Source of the DNA: a virus
Taxonomy: Duplodnaviria; Caudoviricetes
Direction: 5' to 3' (one strand)
Length of the DNA stretch: 64,000 nt
IMG/VR virus record: IMGVR_UViG_2902511754_000003
Span: 9,764-73,763 of that record
In this document: piece by piece, positions 63,744 through 64,000 of the stretch
Position numbering within the stretch: position 1 is the first letter of the stretch
How the letters are laid out: every line of letters starts with the position of its first letter
Made by a program: the position numbers and the translations under genes
Notes under the pieces: generated by a model
What the model saw: only the letters and a program-made list of their open reading frames with translations
What the model was told of the DNA's origin: nothing
Databases searched by the model: none

Positions 63744-64000
63744 AACACAAGTTAAAAAATTGGGGTTATAACGTCATTATCGCGATTGACCAATTATTTA
63801 ACGCACTCACGGGCGGTGGTGCAGATGAAACATTATCCAGCCGCACCTACCGCCGTGCGGTTTTAACGCAAGGTAAGCCGAAAAAACGTTGGCAAGTGTT
63901 ATATCGCCTGATTAACGGGCTGTTTTTTGACAAAAATCACTGTAAAACCGCTTATGAAAGTGAGCTTTCCCGCAAACAATATCCACAGGATTTTGCATAA
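63728..64000 (+). CDS. Conserved phage protein, near-identical to 5141-5413
   Basis: Direct comparison of translations. Confidence 0.85.
   Translation: MAKTVKHKLKNWGYNVIIAIDQLFNALTGGGADETLSSRTYRRAVLTQGKPKKRWQVLYRLINGLFFDKNHCKTAYESELSRKQYPQDFA

Larger units (their letters stand above)
24066..64000. mobile_element. Second prophage: lambdoid early organisation with contractile-tail (myovirus) late module; probably defective; right end beyond window
   Basis: int/xis, leftward recombination operon, ninG-Q, lysis, terminase to tail fibre; no cI/cro/replication genes; nonsense codon in tape measure. Confidence 0.9.

Overview
Two prophages in tandem in a Pasteurellaceae chromosome; AAGTGCGGT-type uptake sequences occur throughout. 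(1) 1-~24079 is a P2-like myovirus, open at the left edge. Its late region appears intact (portal, terminase, capsid, lysis, baseplate, fibre, sheath, tube, gpU, gpD). The tape-measure gene is displaced to between gpS and gpV and is followed by a RelE/HTH toxin-antitoxin pair. A cos-like site lies next to a tRNA-3'-end-like att core (24066-24079). (2) 24066-64000 is a lambdoid-organised myovirus, open at the right edge, with int/xis, RecT/exonuclease, NinG, Q, lysis, head and contractile-tail genes. It looks defective or domesticated: no repressor, cro or replication genes lie between hicA and ninG, and its tape measure has an in-frame amber stop. It still carries five antirepressor-type genes, four of them behind C4-like antisense-RNA switches that share one scaffold but have four different self-matched recognition sequences. 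It also encodes a MuF-ADP-ribosyltransferase head protein with a candidate immunity gene, a Panacea/PemK-like TA pair, HicAB and several morons. The two phages share near-identical tail-fibre and chaperone blocks flanking different tip cassettes. All calls come from reading the sequence and recalled family knowledge; no searches were run.
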